Source: Clostridia bacterium
Lineage (GTDB): Bacteria; Bacillota; Clostridia; TANB77; CAG-508
DNA: 64,000 nt
NCBI GenBank assembly: GCA_045643465.1
Contig: JAZUKV010000002.1
Span: 3,085 to 67,084 of the forward strand
Direction: 5' to 3'
This document shows positions 1 through 18,713 of the stretch, one piece after another; positions within the stretch are counted from its first letter, which is position 1, and the number at the start of each line of letters is the position of its first letter. The translations under genes were made by a program, and so were the position numbers. The notes below the pieces were generated by a model. That model was not told where the DNA came from. It saw only the letters and a list, made by a program, of their open reading frames with translations, and made no database searches.

Positions 1-3000
1 AAAACAAGTGGCTGGAGGGGAACGCTTAAATCTATAGATTTAAGCCAATTAAAATCAAAAGGAATAGATCCAGTAGTATATGTAAGTACAATAGATAATT
101 TGGACTTAGAAGAAAATAATGATGTAACAGATGAAACTGTATGGACAAAATTATCAATGTTTGAAGATTATTCAGATGTAAAAGCAATAGCAATTGATAT
201 GACAAAGGATATATTTGGAAATGAGTATGTTTTAAGTGCAGGTGATTCTATATCAGCAATAGTACATATGGAAGCACCAGAAAATATTACAGATGAAATT
301 GAAGAAAATCCATACACATATAACAATATTTATATAAAAGATACACTAATTGATGATTTAGGAGGCTCAGAAGAATATTTCATCCACCAAGATTATACTA
401 CAGTCAAATATCATGTTGTAGCTAATGTTCCAATTACAAAAGTAAATGCAAACGATGAAAATGAACCAATAAAGGGCATAACGTTTAGATTATATGGAAC
501 ATCTGATTATGATAAAAAAGTAGATGAATATGTAACATCAGATAAAGATGGACAAGTAATATTTAAAAAAATTGAAGCAGGAGAATATACACTTCAAGAA
601 TATGAAGCAACACCAGACTGGTTAGAAGACCATACAGAGCATAAAGTAGAAATAACAAACCAAGGAATAGTGCATATAGATGGTCAATTAATCAGCGATA
701 TATCAACTAAGAAAATAACAAATATGCCGAGAATACATGCAGATGTAGCATTTTCAAAAATGGATTTAGTTAACAATAAATTAGTTTCTGGCTCTAAATT
801 TAAATTAAGCGGAACATCTAATTATGGAAATGAAATTTTGATGTTTTCAACTTCAGACGAGCATGGAGAAGTTAAGTTTGAAAATTTGGAATACGGAACC
901 TATGATTTAATAGAAACAGAAGCTCCTGAGGGATACATTATTAATAGAGAAAAATTTAGAGTTATTGTTGATGAGAATGGAAATTACGATATACAAAGAA
1001 TAGAAAAGAGTGACATAGTAAAATATGCACATTCAATAAATATTGATGATACAGGGAATGTAAATTTATCTTCTTCCTTAACTCCAGATTATGATTTTGT
1101 TTTTTATGATACTCAAATAGTTACAATAGAGGGTGCTAAAAAATTACATGTAGATATAAAATATGGATTTTGTTATGGATATGTTGCAGTATATGATGGG
1201 ACTGTAGAGCCTACAAGTGATAATTATGAAGAGTCTGTGTCTGGAATGTTAAATGAATATAGTAGTAGCATGAGAGATTACCATGAGAAAGAATTTGATA
1301 TAGACGGTGACACAGTTGGATTTTTCTATAGAACATGGGATTATGAAGCATATTTGCCATATGGATATTATGCTAAAATAACAGTTCCTGAAGAGGCTAA
1401 ATCAATTTATAATAAGGGAAATTATATTATTTATAACGAACCATTACATAATTTTAGAGTAGTAAAAAAAGATTCATATAGTGACAAAATTATTGAAGGT
1501 GCAAAATTTAAGTTATATGGTATATCAGATTATGGAAATGCATACAATGAAGAAATAGAGTCAAATTCAATTGGATTTGCAGATTTTGGAAATCTAGAAG
1601 CAGGATCATATGTATTACAAGAAACGTATGTACCAAGTGTGCCAACAGAAGATGGAGACGAAATAACATATGTGTTGGATGACAATAAATATCCAGTAAG
1701 AATAGAAAAAGATGGAACTGTTACGATTGATGGAATAAAGAAAAATGAAAATGGAAATTTTGTATTCTATAACAAACGTAATAAGAAAACAATAACAATT
1801 ACAAAAAAATGGGAAGATAATAGTAATAATGATGAAAGACAAGAGCCTATAGTACATTTAAGTACACAAAAACCAGATGAATCAAATTGTGCATATTTGC
1901 GTGAGAATTGTGAAATAGAAAGAAACGTATCAAGATTTGTGAGAGATATTACTTCAACAGAAGAAGAAGTAAAGTCAAAAGACGAAGTTTATAGAATGGA
2001 TAATAAATATTATGATCCTAATGCTGAATATAAAATTTATTTTTGGTATGATACAGATACATGTCATTGGTGGAGCAATGCCGAAGTTATTAAAATGACA
2101 GATAAATCAGCAAGACTTTTTTATCCGAGTATGTATGCAATTGCATCTAACAATGTCCAATATATAGATATGAAAGATATAGATACAAGCGAAGTAACAG
2201 ATATGAGTTATATGTTTTCAAATTGTCAAGAACTTGTGGAAATAGATAATATGGCTAATATGAATACAAGCAATGTAACAAATATGAGTAATATGTTTAG
2301 TGGATCTAACAAATTGGAAGAGTTTGATATAAGTCATTTTGATACAAGTAAAGTAACTGATATGAGTTATATGTTTGGTGGTAGAATATATGGTAACATG
2401 ACAAATCTTGAGCAGGGTGTATCTTTAGAAGATATTAATTTAAAAGGTTTAGATACTAAAAATGTAACAAACATGAAAGGTATGTTTTATGGTTGCAAAG
2501 GAACATTTACAAGTGATTTAATGGACTTAAATACAAGTAATGTAACAGATATGAGTTATATGTTTTACAAGTGCGATGAATTGGAAGAGTTAGATTTAAG
2601 TAAATTTGATACAAGAAAAGTAACAGATATGAGTTATATGTTTTATAAGTGTCAAAAATTACAAAATTTAGATATAACAAACCTTGATACAGGTAATGTA
2701 ACAAATATGTGTCATATGTTTGATGATTGCGAAAAATTACAAGAGTTAGATGTAAGCAATTGGGATACAAGCAAAGTAACAGATATGAGTTTTATGTTTG
2801 AATTTTGTTATAATTTGCAAGAATTAGATGTAAGCAATTGGAATACAAAAAATGTAACAAATATGAAATGGTTGTTTAGATCTTGTAGTAGTTTGCAAGA
2901 GCTAGATGTAAGTAATTGGGATACAAGTAATGTAACAGATATGAGCAGTATGTTTGACTATTGCAGTAGTTTAAATACAATATATGCGTCAAACAAATTT

Positions 3001-5529
3001 GTTACAAGTCAAGAATTATCTATGTTTTATAATTGCAATGCACTTGTTGGCGGAAATGGTACGAAATATAGTGATGCAAAGGTAAACGATATGACCTATG
3101 CTCGTATAGATAAACAAAATCAACCAGGATATTTTACATATAAGGAACCAACAGTTACGAAACTATCAAATGCAAGTATAGACAACGATATAGATAAAAC
3201 ATATCTAAAAGAGGCACTAATTTTATTAGCACAAAATGAAGAAAATTCAACAAGTGAAGTACTTTCATATTCAACAGCAGACACAAATTACGATGATGAA
3301 GGAAATGAAGTACATTGGGTAAAAGATGGAGATACATGGACATATACTTTCTATGTTGATGATCCAAATGCAACTTGGTATGTATGGGAAGATAAGATGG
3401 ATGGATATCAAACTAGTTGCTCTATATATACTCCAGTAAAAGTTGAAAACAAGAAGGCAACTATATACAATTATCTAAAGGAAAAAGAAGATTTTATTGA
3501 AAGAGAATTAATAAAAGGATTTAATGGATTAGAAATAACTAAAGAAGTATACAGAAGGGATAGTGAAGGAGACTATGTATTAAATCCAGAAGACAACACA
3601 GAGTTTACAGTAAAAATACAACTTATGGCAGGTGAAGGTGTTGACTATGATTTAAGTGGAATTAAAGTATTTGGAAATAATGTTTTCTATAATGGTATTG
3701 GAAGAATAAAAATAAAATCTGGAGAAACAGTAAATCTAGAAGGAATTCCATATGGATTAAAATACAGAATGTCAGAAGAAAACCTAACAGATAGATATGT
3801 CCCAGAATCTGAAATGATATCAGGAGAAATATTAAAAGGTGAAATATCTCAAATAACTCTAAAGAATTATAAGCAAGAAGAACCAGAAGAAGAGACCACA
3901 AGTTTCACAGTGTCAAAGGAAGTTACTGGAAATTATGAAATAGAAGACGAATACACCATAGAAATAGCCCTAGATGGATTAAAACCAAATATAACATATA
4001 ACCTATCAGACGGAACAACATATCAATCAGATTCAACAGGCTCAGCAAATATTACAGTAAAATTAAGCAATGGAGAATCAATAACAGTACAAGATATCCC
4101 AGTAGGGGCACGATATAAAGTATATGAGCATGAAGGAAAATATGTATCATCATATGTCATAAAAGATGCAAACAATTTAGGACTAATAAATAACAGTGCA
4201 GCAAAAAATACAAACGAAAATGTTGCAATTTCAACAATGACAGAAATAGCTGATGAAGGGGAAGCAGTAACAATTACATTTACAAATGAAAAACAAGTAA
4301 CACAAGATTTGAAGATTAAAAAAGCAGTAACAGATGAAGAAGATACAGATAGCTATATATTCAATATTGAGTTAACAGGAATGAAGAGCGGATACGCATT
4401 TAATTCAACTGTAGGAAAGATAATAGCAGATGAAAATGGAAAAGCAGAGCTTACAATATATTTAGCAGGTGGAGAAGAGGCAGAGCTTTATGGAATTCCG
4501 GTAGGAACAAAATATAGAATAACAGAGCTAGCATCAAATTCAATAGCATCATATATGATAACAGATGAAAATGGAGTAGATAATATAGTAAAAGCAGAAA
4601 ATGCAAATAGTGTAAATAGAACATCATTAAGCACTGAAGAAGAAACAGTAAATGAAGGAGAAGAAGTAATAATAACATTTATAAATGATACAGTAGATCA
4701 AGAGCCAGATAAAGTAACTACAAGCGTAGGCGTTAAGAAGAGCGTATTAGGTATAAATGGAGAGCAATTAGAAGATTGTGAAGATGTATTTACATTTGAG
4801 ATAAAAGCAGAAGATGAAAATAATCCAATGCCAGAAAATAAAACAGTAACAATAGAGGGAAACGGAGAAGCAAGTTTTGGAGAGCTAACATTTGAAAAAA
4901 CAGGAACATATACATATACAATAGTAGAAAAGGTTGGAGACCTTGAAGAATATGAATATGATGATACTGTTTATACAATAGTGTATGAAGTAACAAATAC
5001 AGAAGGATTGTTAGAGATAACAAAAACTGTAAAGAAAGACGGTTTCCAAGGAGAGGCTATAGAGTTTATAAATAAAATGCATAAAGTAGATGTTAAGATT
5101 TTAAAAGTAGATGAAGATGAAGATCCATTAGAAGGCGTAGTGATGCAAATAGTAGATGAAGATGGAAATGTGGTAAAAGAGTGGACAACTGGGGATGAAA
5201 ACAGCGAAGGAGCAGCAATTGATTTAAGGCTAGAAACAGGAACATACATATTAAGAGAAAAAGAAGGTCCAGAAGGTTACGAATTATCAAAAGATATTGA
5301 ATTTGTAGTAAATGAGGATGGAACAGTAACTGTAGCAGGAGAAGAAGTTGATTTAATAATAAATAAAGGTAAGAGACCTGAAACAAAAGAAGAGCCAGAG
5401 CAAGAATCTGAAAATACTAAAGAAGAAAAATCAGTAATAAATGTAAAAACAGGAGACAACATAGTAATATATGAATATATATTAGTAATATCAATTATAG
5501 CAATAGCTATTGTTATAAAGAAAAAATAA
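1..5529 (+). CDS. Giant cell-wall-anchored surface protein, 5' end truncated by the window edge. It contains Cna-B/SpaA-like prealbumin-fold domains and a DUF285-type repeat array, and ends in a sorting signal.
   Basis: The reading frame is open from position 1; the M at position 100 is internal. It contains repeated G-x-F-x-L...G-x-Y-x-L-x-E motifs typical of Cna-B/SpaA domains. At about 2.15–3.0 kb there are roughly 11 tandem repeats of the NVTDMSYMF...L.ELD.SNWDTS unit that defines DUF285. The C-terminus is NVKTGDN followed by a hydrophobic stretch and KKK, the classic three-part cell-wall sorting signal. Confidence 0.8.
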   Translation, partial: KTSGWRGTLKSIDLSQLKSKGIDPVVYVSTIDNLDLEENNDVTDETVWTKLSMFEDYSDVKAIAIDMTKDIFGNEYVLSAGDSISAIVHMEAPENITDEIEENPYTYNNIYIKDTLIDDLGGSEEYFIHQDYTTVKYHVVANVPITKVNANDENEPIKGITFRLYGTSDYDKKVDEYVTSDKDGQVIFKKIEAGEYTLQEYEATPDWLEDHTEHKVEITNQGIVHIDGQLISDISTKKITNMPRIHADVAFSKMDLVNNKLVSGSKFKLSGTSNYGNEILMFSTSDEHGEVKFENLEYGTYDLIETEAPEGYIINREKFRVIVDENGNYDIQRIEKSDIVKYAHSINIDDTGNVNLSSSLTPDYDFVFYDTQIVTIEGAKKLHVDIKYGFCYGYVAVYDGTVEPTSDNYEESVSGMLNEYSSSMRDYHEKEFDIDGDTVGFFYRTWDYEAYLPYGYYAKITVPEEAKSIYNKGNYIIYNEPLHNFRVVKKDSYSDKIIEGAKFKLYGISDYGNAYNEEIESNSIGFADFGNLEAGSYVLQETYVPSVPTEDGDEITYVLDDNKYPVRIEKDGTVTIDGIKKNENGNFVFYNKRNKKTITITKKWEDNSNNDERQEPIVHLSTQKPDESNCAYLRENCEIERNVSRFVRDITSTEEEVKSKDEVYRMDNKYYDPNAEYKIYFWYDTDTCHWWSNAEVIKMTDKSARLFYPSMYAIASNNVQYIDMKDIDTSEVTDMSYMFSNCQELVEIDNMANMNTSNVTNMSNMFSGSNKLEEFDISHFDTSKVTDMSYMFGGRIYGNMTNLEQGVSLEDINLKGLDTKNVTNMKGMFYGCKGTFTSDLMDLNTSNVTDMSYMFYKCDELEELDLSKFDTRKVTDMSYMFYKCQKLQNLDITNLDTGNVTNMCHMFDDCEKLQELDVSNWDTSKVTDMSFMFEFCYNLQELDVSNWNTKNVTNMKWLFRSCSSLQELDVSNWDTSNVTDMSSMFDYCSSLNTIYASNKFVTSQELSMFYNCNALVGGNGTKYSDAKVNDMTYARIDKQNQPGYFTYKEPTVTKLSNASIDNDIDKTYLKEALILLAQNEENSTSEVLSYSTADTNYDDEGNEVHWVKDGDTWTYTFYVDDPNATWYVWEDKMDGYQTSCSIYTPVKVENKKATIYNYLKEKEDFIERELIKGFNGLEITKEVYRRDSEGDYVLNPEDNTEFTVKIQLMAGEGVDYDLSGIKVFGNNVFYNGIGRIKIKSGETVNLEGIPYGLKYRMSEENLTDRYVPESEMISGEILKGEISQITLKNYKQEEPEEETTSFTVSKEVTGNYEIEDEYTIEIALDGLKPNITYNLSDGTTYQSDSTGSANITVKLSNGESITVQDIPVGARYKVYEHEGKYVSSYVIKDANNLGLINNSAAKNTNENVAISTMTEIADEGEAVTITFTNEKQVTQDLKIKKAVTDEEDTDSYIFNIELTGMKSGYAFNSTVGKIIADENGKAELTIYLAGGEEAELYGIPVGTKYRITELASNSIASYMITDENGVDNIVKAENANSVNRTSLSTEEETVNEGEEVIITFINDTVDQEPDKVTTSVGVKKSVLGINGEQLEDCEDVFTFEIKAEDENNPMPENKTVTIEGNGEASFGELTFEKTGTYTYTIVEKVGDLEEYEYDDTVYTIVYEVTNTEGLLEITKTVKKDGFQGEAIEFINKMHKVDVKILKVDEDEDPLEGVVMQIVDEDGNVVKEWTTGDENSEGAAIDLRLETGTYILREKEGPEGYELSKDIEFVVNEDGTVTVAGEEVDLIINKGKRPETKEEPEQESENTKEEKSVINVKTGDNIVIYEYILVISIIAIAIVIKKK
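2150..3010 (+). repeat. In-frame array of about 11 DUF285-type units of roughly 25–30 aa each (consensus ...C..L..LD.SNWDTSNVTDMSYMF...)
   Basis: The periodicity is directly visible in the translation. The units diverge at the DNA level, so this is old duplication, not a recent tandem expansion. Confidence 0.6.
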
Positions 5530-5532
5530 AAA

Positions 5533-5575
5533 GGATAGGGCTGTGCCAAAGAAATTTGGTATGGCTCTTTTTTTG
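5533..5575 (+). terminator. Weak putative intrinsic terminator after the first adhesin gene
   Basis: A short stem (ccaaa/tttgg) and GC-rich flank are followed by ctcttttttt. The hairpin is imperfect. Confidence 0.3.
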
Positions 5576-5604
5576 ACTTTAAATATAAAGTTAAAAAAAT
5601 CTGT

Positions 5605-5807
5605 GAATAGTTATTTCCCTAAGCAAAATAACAAATGTAATAAAGTTAACAAAAGTGTAATATAAAATTAATAATTCAAAAGAAGAATTAAAAACATTAA
5701 AACCGTAAGAAAACATAAAATAATTAACTTTTATTTCATTTGCTAAAAAAATATAAAAGAAAGAAAATATATATATAATTATTTAAAAATATTTTTGGAG
5801 GGGAAAG
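5605..5807 (+). promoter_or_regulatory. Upstream and leader region of the 2711-aa protein gene (copy 1 of a duplicated roughly 200-bp block)
   Basis: This block recurs nearly identically at 14096–14291, in front of the paralog. It ends in the ribosome-binding site (RBS) ggagggg, 7 nt before the ATG at 5808. Confidence 0.5.
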
Positions 5808-13943
<8,136 letters not shown>

Positions 13944-14013
13944 AAACAACCCTAAATAGCTCAAAGATTACTTTGAAATATTTAGATAAGACATAGATAA
14001 AATATTAAACAAG

Positions 14014-14046
14014 AAATCGTAGAGTTAAAAAACTCTACGATTTCTT
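14014..14046 (+). terminator. Rho-independent terminator of the 2711-aa protein gene
   Basis: A perfect 13-bp stem (aaatcgtagagtt / aactctacgattt) with an aaaa loop is followed by a T-rich tail. Confidence 0.75.
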
Positions 14047-14095
14047 CAATATTGCGTAACAAAGTAATTTTAGTGATAGAAATTTATATTTAATA

Positions 14096-14291
14096 GAATA
14101 GTTATTTCCCTAAGCAAAATAACAAATGTAATAAAGTTAACAAAATTGTAATATAAAATTAATAATTCAAAAGAAGAATTAAAAACATTAAAACCGTAAG
14201 AAAACATAGAATATTTGGATTTCACTTCATTTGCTAAATATATATAAGAAAAAAAATATATAAATATTTAAAAATATTTTCGGAGGGAAAG
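14096..14291 (+). promoter_or_regulatory. Copy 2 of the duplicated upstream and leader block (about 90% identical to 5605–5807)
   Basis: Direct alignment of the two regions, including the RBS ggaggga before the ATG at 14292. Confidence 0.5.
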
Positions 14292-15679
14292 ATGAACCAA
14301 ATAGTAAGTGAGTGTAAAATAGAAAGATTGGGTAGATATGCAATTGTAAAAAAGTAATAGCACTAATATTAGTTGTATTGATGTTATTATTATACATGCC
14401 AATTAATATATTTGCAGAAGAAATTGAAAAAGCTGAAGTAACAGAAGAAGTGGAAGGAAATAATGAAACTGAAGAAACAGCTAAAATTGAAGAAGAAAAT
14501 AACCTAAGCAAAGATGCTGATCAAAATGCAGAAAATGAAGTAAAAGATGATCAGACAGAAGATAATAAAGGGGCTAATGCAAAGCTAGCAAAAGCGCCAT
14601 TATTAACTGCAACACCAAACGGAGGAAATGGTAGTGAAGGTGACTTTAAGGTAGCATTGCGCTGGGGAGGAACTTCAGACACAACATATAATTGGGACGC
14701 AACACAAAGCGAATATTATGTGATACGTGCAATAGTAGATGGAACAAAAAAACAAAACTATATATTGGGATCAAGACTAACCGGTGATGATTTTACATAC
14801 ACAGTGTATTATTCAGGAGGTCAACAAGTTAGAGTAGAATCTAGTTTTTTTGATAGTATAACATTTAACGGAAAAAGCACATATACACAAAATGAAATAG
14901 GTAATTATATGGCGAATGTAGAATTAACATATAAAGGTAAAACATATGAGAATGAAGTTACTACTAAATGGATACTTCCAGAAGATTATTTTAATTATAG
15001 AGTTTTAAGTAATATGGATAAAACAATTGTGATAACAGGAGTAAGTTCTAATTATATTTCACCAGAAGTTTTATATATTCCAAGTGAATATAAAGGATAT
15101 AAGGTTATAGGGATTAGAAGTCCTACTAATGTAGGTATAACTAATATAGCAAATGTAAAAATTATCGAATTAGAAGATGGAATAGAGGAAATAGGCAATT
15201 ATGCATTGAGAGAAAATAAGAATTTAATAGGTATAAGTTTGCCAGATACATTAACAAGTATAGGAGAGATGGCCTTTTATAACTGTAGTGGATTAACAGG
15301 AAATCTGGTAATCCCAGAAGGGGTAACAAGTATAGGAAATTCTGCATTTAATGGATGTAGTGGATTAACAGGAGAATTGGTAATACCAAAAGGGGTAACA
15401 AGTATAAGTGATGGTACATTTTGGGGTTGCAAATTTACAAGTGTAAAAATTCCAGAAGGAGTAACAAGCATAGAATCTAGTGCATTTAATAGATGTAGTT
15501 TATTGAAAAGTATAGATTTACCAGATACAGTAACAAGCATAGGAATGTCGGCATTTTATGGCTGTAACATTTTAAAAACAATAAATTATCACGGTACACC
15601 AGAACAGTTTGCTGCAATTTCAGTAGAATCTAGCAACGAATATTTTACCCGTGCAACAGTAAATTATATAACAGATTAA
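14292..15679 (+). pseudogene. Frameshifted deletion paralog of the 5808–13943 gene. It joins the N-terminal roughly 135 codons (including the signal peptide) directly to the C-terminal BspA-LRR module.
   Basis: The ATG at 14292 runs into a TAA at 14355 after 21 codons. Relative to copy 1 there is a 1-nt difference in an A-run (copy 1 gtagaaaaagtaatag, copy 2 gtaaaaaagtaatag). The long ORF resumes in another frame at 14378 from a TTG, without an intact signal peptide. The junction TQSE|YYVI matches copy 1 at two sites, 6222–6233 and 11974–11986, which share the microhomology acacaaag[tc]ga. Confidence 0.65.
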
Positions 15680-15698
15680 AAATATAAATTAATGCTAA

Positions 15699-15728
15699 AA
15701 ACACCAGTTAATTAACTGGTGTTTTTTG
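15699..15728 (+). terminator. Rho-independent terminator
   Basis: The stem acaccagtta / taactggtgt is followed by tttttt. Confidence 0.8.
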
Positions 15729-15860
15729 ACGATAAAATTTAAAATCTAACAAATAATTTGAAAAAAGATATATCAATAATTAAAAATTTAAACAATGCTA
15801 TTGAAAATTTTTATAAACTAGTCTAGAATAAATTGGTAATAAACAAAAAAGGAGAAAAAT

Positions 15861-17957
15861 ATGGCAAATAAATTGATAATTGTGGAGTCACCTGCAAAGG
15901 CTAGCACAATCACAAAGTTTATAGGTGGAAGCGTTAAAGTAATGGCTTCAATGGGGCATATAAGAGATTTACCAAAGTCAAAATTGGCGGTAGATATTGA
16001 AAATAATTTTGAGCCAGAATATATAAATATAAGAGGAAAAGCAGCATTAATAAAAAGCTTAAAAAAAGAAGCAAATTCAGCCAAAACTGTATACCTTGCA
16101 ACTGACCCTGACCGTGAAGGAGAAGCAATAGCTTGGCATTTAGCATATATTTTAAATATTTCACCAGAAAGTTTATGTAGGGTAACTTTTAACGAAATAA
16201 CAAAAAATGCAGTACAAGAGTCAATAAAACACCCAAGGGCAATTGATAAAAATTTATTTGATGCACAACAAGCTAGAAGAGTAATGGATAGAATTGTTGG
16301 ATACAAAATGAGTCCTCTTCTATGGAAAAAAGTAAAAAGAGGGCTATCTGCGGGAAGAGTTCAATCTGTAGTAGTTAAATTAATAGCTGATAGAGAAGAA
16401 GAAATCGAAAATTTTGTTCCAGAAGAGTATTGGAATATTTATGCTAATTTATTAGCAGATGGCGCTAAGAAAAGCTTTGAAGCAAAGTTTTTTGGTAAAA
16501 ATGATAAAAAAATGGAGCTAAACAGCAAAGCTCAGGTGGATGAGATATTAGAAAATATAAAAAATGCAGATTTTATAATTACAGATATAAAAAAGGGTGA
16601 GAAGAAGAGAAATCCTGCACCACCATTTACAACTAGTACTATGGGTCAAGAGTCTTCAAGAAAATTGGGATTTACATTGAAAAAAACAATGTCTGTAGCG
16701 CAAGGACTATATGAAGGTGTTAAAGTTCCAGAAAAAGGTGTAGTAGGTTTGATTACTTACATGAGAACCGATTCTACAAGAATTTCTGAAGAAGCTAGAG
16801 CTGCATCAAAGATATATATTGAAAACACATATGGAACTGCCTATTATGAAAATAGATATTATAAAACAAAAGATGGTGCACAAGATGCGCATGAAGCTAT
16901 TAGACCAACATATATTGATTTAACACCAGAAAAAGTAAAAGATTCATTAACACCAGATCAATATAAGTTATACAATTTAATATATAATAGATTTATAGCA
17001 AGCCAAATGTCTGCGGCACAATATGATACTATAGCAGTAGGAATAAAGGCAAATGACTATAATTTTAAAGCTAATGGTCAAAGTATTAAATTTAAAGGTT
17101 TCATGAAGTTATATGTTGAAACTAAAGATGAGGAAAATAGTGAAGATGACGAATTGATATTACCAAATTTAGAAGTAAATCAAAAATTAAAAAATGAAAA
17201 GATTGAAACTAAACAAAGCTTTACAGAGCCTCCTGCAAGATATACTGAAGCAAGTATAATCAAGGTTTTGGAAGAAAATGGAATTGGTAGACCAAGTACA
17301 TATGCGCCTACAATTTCAACAATATTAGATAGAAGATATGTAGAAAAACAACAAAAACAATTAGTTCCGACAGAGCTTGGAAAAATAGTTAATAAATTGT
17401 TAGTTGAAAATTTTGGTGATATTGTAAATGAAGAATTTACAGCTAAAGTTGAAGAGCAATTTGATGCTATAGCAGAAGGAAAAGCAGATTGGAAAAATAC
17501 AATAGAAGAATTCTATGAGCCTTTTGAAAAAGAGCTTGAGAAAGTAGAAAAAGAGCTTGAACATGTTACTTTAGTTGATGAAGTTTCAGATGTTCCATGT
17601 GACAAGTGTGGAAGAATGATGGTATATAAATATGGAAGATATGGAAAATTTTTGGCTTGTCCTGGATTTCCAGAGTGCAAAAATGCAAAACCTATTATTG
17701 AAACTATTGATGTTCCTTGCCCAGTTTGTGGAGGAGTTGTTCAAGTAAAAAAATCAAAAAGAGGAAGAAAATTTTTTGTATGCGAAAATAATCCTAATAC
17801 ATGTGAATATATTTCTTGGAATAAACCTCAAATAGGGGAAAAATGGGAACCACAAGCTGATATTGTAAATGAGAAGAAAACTAAGACTACAAGAAAATCA
17901 AAATCTACTAAAACTAAGAAAAAAAGTACAACAAAGAAATCTTCAACAAAAAAATAA
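15861..17957 (+). CDS. topA: DNA topoisomerase I
   Basis: It has a Toprim N-terminus (IIVESPAKA) and active-site Tyr region. The C-terminus carries zinc-ribbon repeats with C-x2-C motifs and a Lys-rich tail. The RBS is aaggag. Confidence 0.95.
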   Translation: MANKLIIVESPAKASTITKFIGGSVKVMASMGHIRDLPKSKLAVDIENNFEPEYINIRGKAALIKSLKKEANSAKTVYLATDPDREGEAIAWHLAYILNISPESLCRVTFNEITKNAVQESIKHPRAIDKNLFDAQQARRVMDRIVGYKMSPLLWKKVKRGLSAGRVQSVVVKLIADREEEIENFVPEEYWNIYANLLADGAKKSFEAKFFGKNDKKMELNSKAQVDEILENIKNADFIITDIKKGEKKRNPAPPFTTSTMGQESSRKLGFTLKKTMSVAQGLYEGVKVPEKGVVGLITYMRTDSTRISEEARAASKIYIENTYGTAYYENRYYKTKDGAQDAHEAIRPTYIDLTPEKVKDSLTPDQYKLYNLIYNRFIASQMSAAQYDTIAVGIKANDYNFKANGQSIKFKGFMKLYVETKDEENSEDDELILPNLEVNQKLKNEKIETKQSFTEPPARYTEASIIKVLEENGIGRPSTYAPTISTILDRRYVEKQQKQLVPTELGKIVNKLLVENFGDIVNEEFTAKVEEQFDAIAEGKADWKNTIEEFYEPFEKELEKVEKELEHVTLVDEVSDVPCDKCGRMMVYKYGRYGKFLACPGFPECKNAKPIIETIDVPCPVCGGVVQVKKSKRGRKFFVCENNPNTCEYISWNKPQIGEKWEPQADIVNEKKTKTTRKSKSTKTKKKSTTKKSSTKK

Positions 17958-17967
17958 TAATAAAGGG

Positions 17968-18003
17968 AGACTAAAATTATGTGTAAAGTTTTAGTCTTTT
18001 TTT
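17968..18003 (+). terminator. Rho-independent terminator after topA
   Basis: The stem agactaaaa / ttttagtct is followed by tttttt. Confidence 0.75.
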
Positions 18004-18055
18004 GGCATTAATAAAATATAATATAAGTACAATGAAGTATATTTAGGAGGAATTT

Positions 18056-18610
18056 GTGGGTTTAGTTGAAATATTTTCTATAGGAATAGGATTAGCAATG
18101 GATGCTTTTGCTGTATCAGTATGTAAGGGATTATCAATGAGTAAAATAGATTGGAAAAAGGCGATGATAATAGCTCTTTACTTTGGAATATTTCAAGCAA
18201 TAATGCCAGCTATTGGATATAGTCTAGGTGCAACTTTTAAAAATGTAGTTTCAAGTGTAGACCATTGGATGGCATTTGGTCTGTTGACGGTTATAGGCGG
18301 AAATATGATTAAAGAATCATTTGATAAAGAAAGCGATAAGGCAAATGATAGTGTAGATTTTAAGACTATGATAGTTCTAGCAGTTGCTACAAGCATTGAT
18401 GCATTAGCGGTTGGGGTAACATTTGCATTTACAGAAACAAATATATTATTATCCATAATAAGTATAGGAATAATTACATTTATATTATCTATAATAGGTG
18501 TAAAAGTTGGTAATAAATTCGGAGACAAATTTCAAAATAAGGCAGAGGTTGTGGGTGGAATTATATTAATAGCAATAGGAATAAAAATTTTAATAGAAGG
18601 CTTACTTTAA
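18056..18610 (+). CDS. mntP: Putative manganese efflux pump of the MntP (DUF204) family. It starts with GTG.
   Basis: There are two homologous halves, each with LAMDAFAVS / SIDALAVG motifs, and six predicted transmembrane segments. The RBS aggagg lies 6 nt upstream. Confidence 0.8.
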   Translation: MGLVEIFSIGIGLAMDAFAVSVCKGLSMSKIDWKKAMIIALYFGIFQAIMPAIGYSLGATFKNVVSSVDHWMAFGLLTVIGGNMIKESFDKESDKANDSVDFKTMIVLAVATSIDALAVGVTFAFTETNILLSIISIGIITFILSIIGVKVGNKFGDKFQNKAEVVGGIILIAIGIKILIEGLL

Positions 18611-18619
18611 TTTTAGTGT

Positions 18620-18651
18620 AGGGTTAAATTTAAAAACCCTGCTCTTTTTTT
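18620..18651 (+). terminator. Rho-independent terminator
   Basis: The stem gtagggtt / aaccctgc is followed by a T-run. Confidence 0.6.
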
Positions 18652-18713
18652 GGGTTTTGATTGACCAAATTCATAGAATTTGATACTATATGTACAGCAA
18701 AAAGGAGATAGAA

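Noticed and set aside
1615-5549. Numerous 60–100-aa minus-strand and alternative-frame ORFs inside the first adhesin gene (1615–1857, 2507–2770, 3155–3373, 3662–3901, 4451–4678, 4790–5386, 5277–5549)
   Set aside because: They are antisense to a long, clearly coding frame. Their translations are low-complexity Leu/Phe/Ile-rich, as expected by chance in DNA with 28% GC.
15818-16306. 162-aa minus-strand ORF
   Set aside because: It is entirely antisense to the N-terminal Toprim domain of topA and has no RBS or domain.
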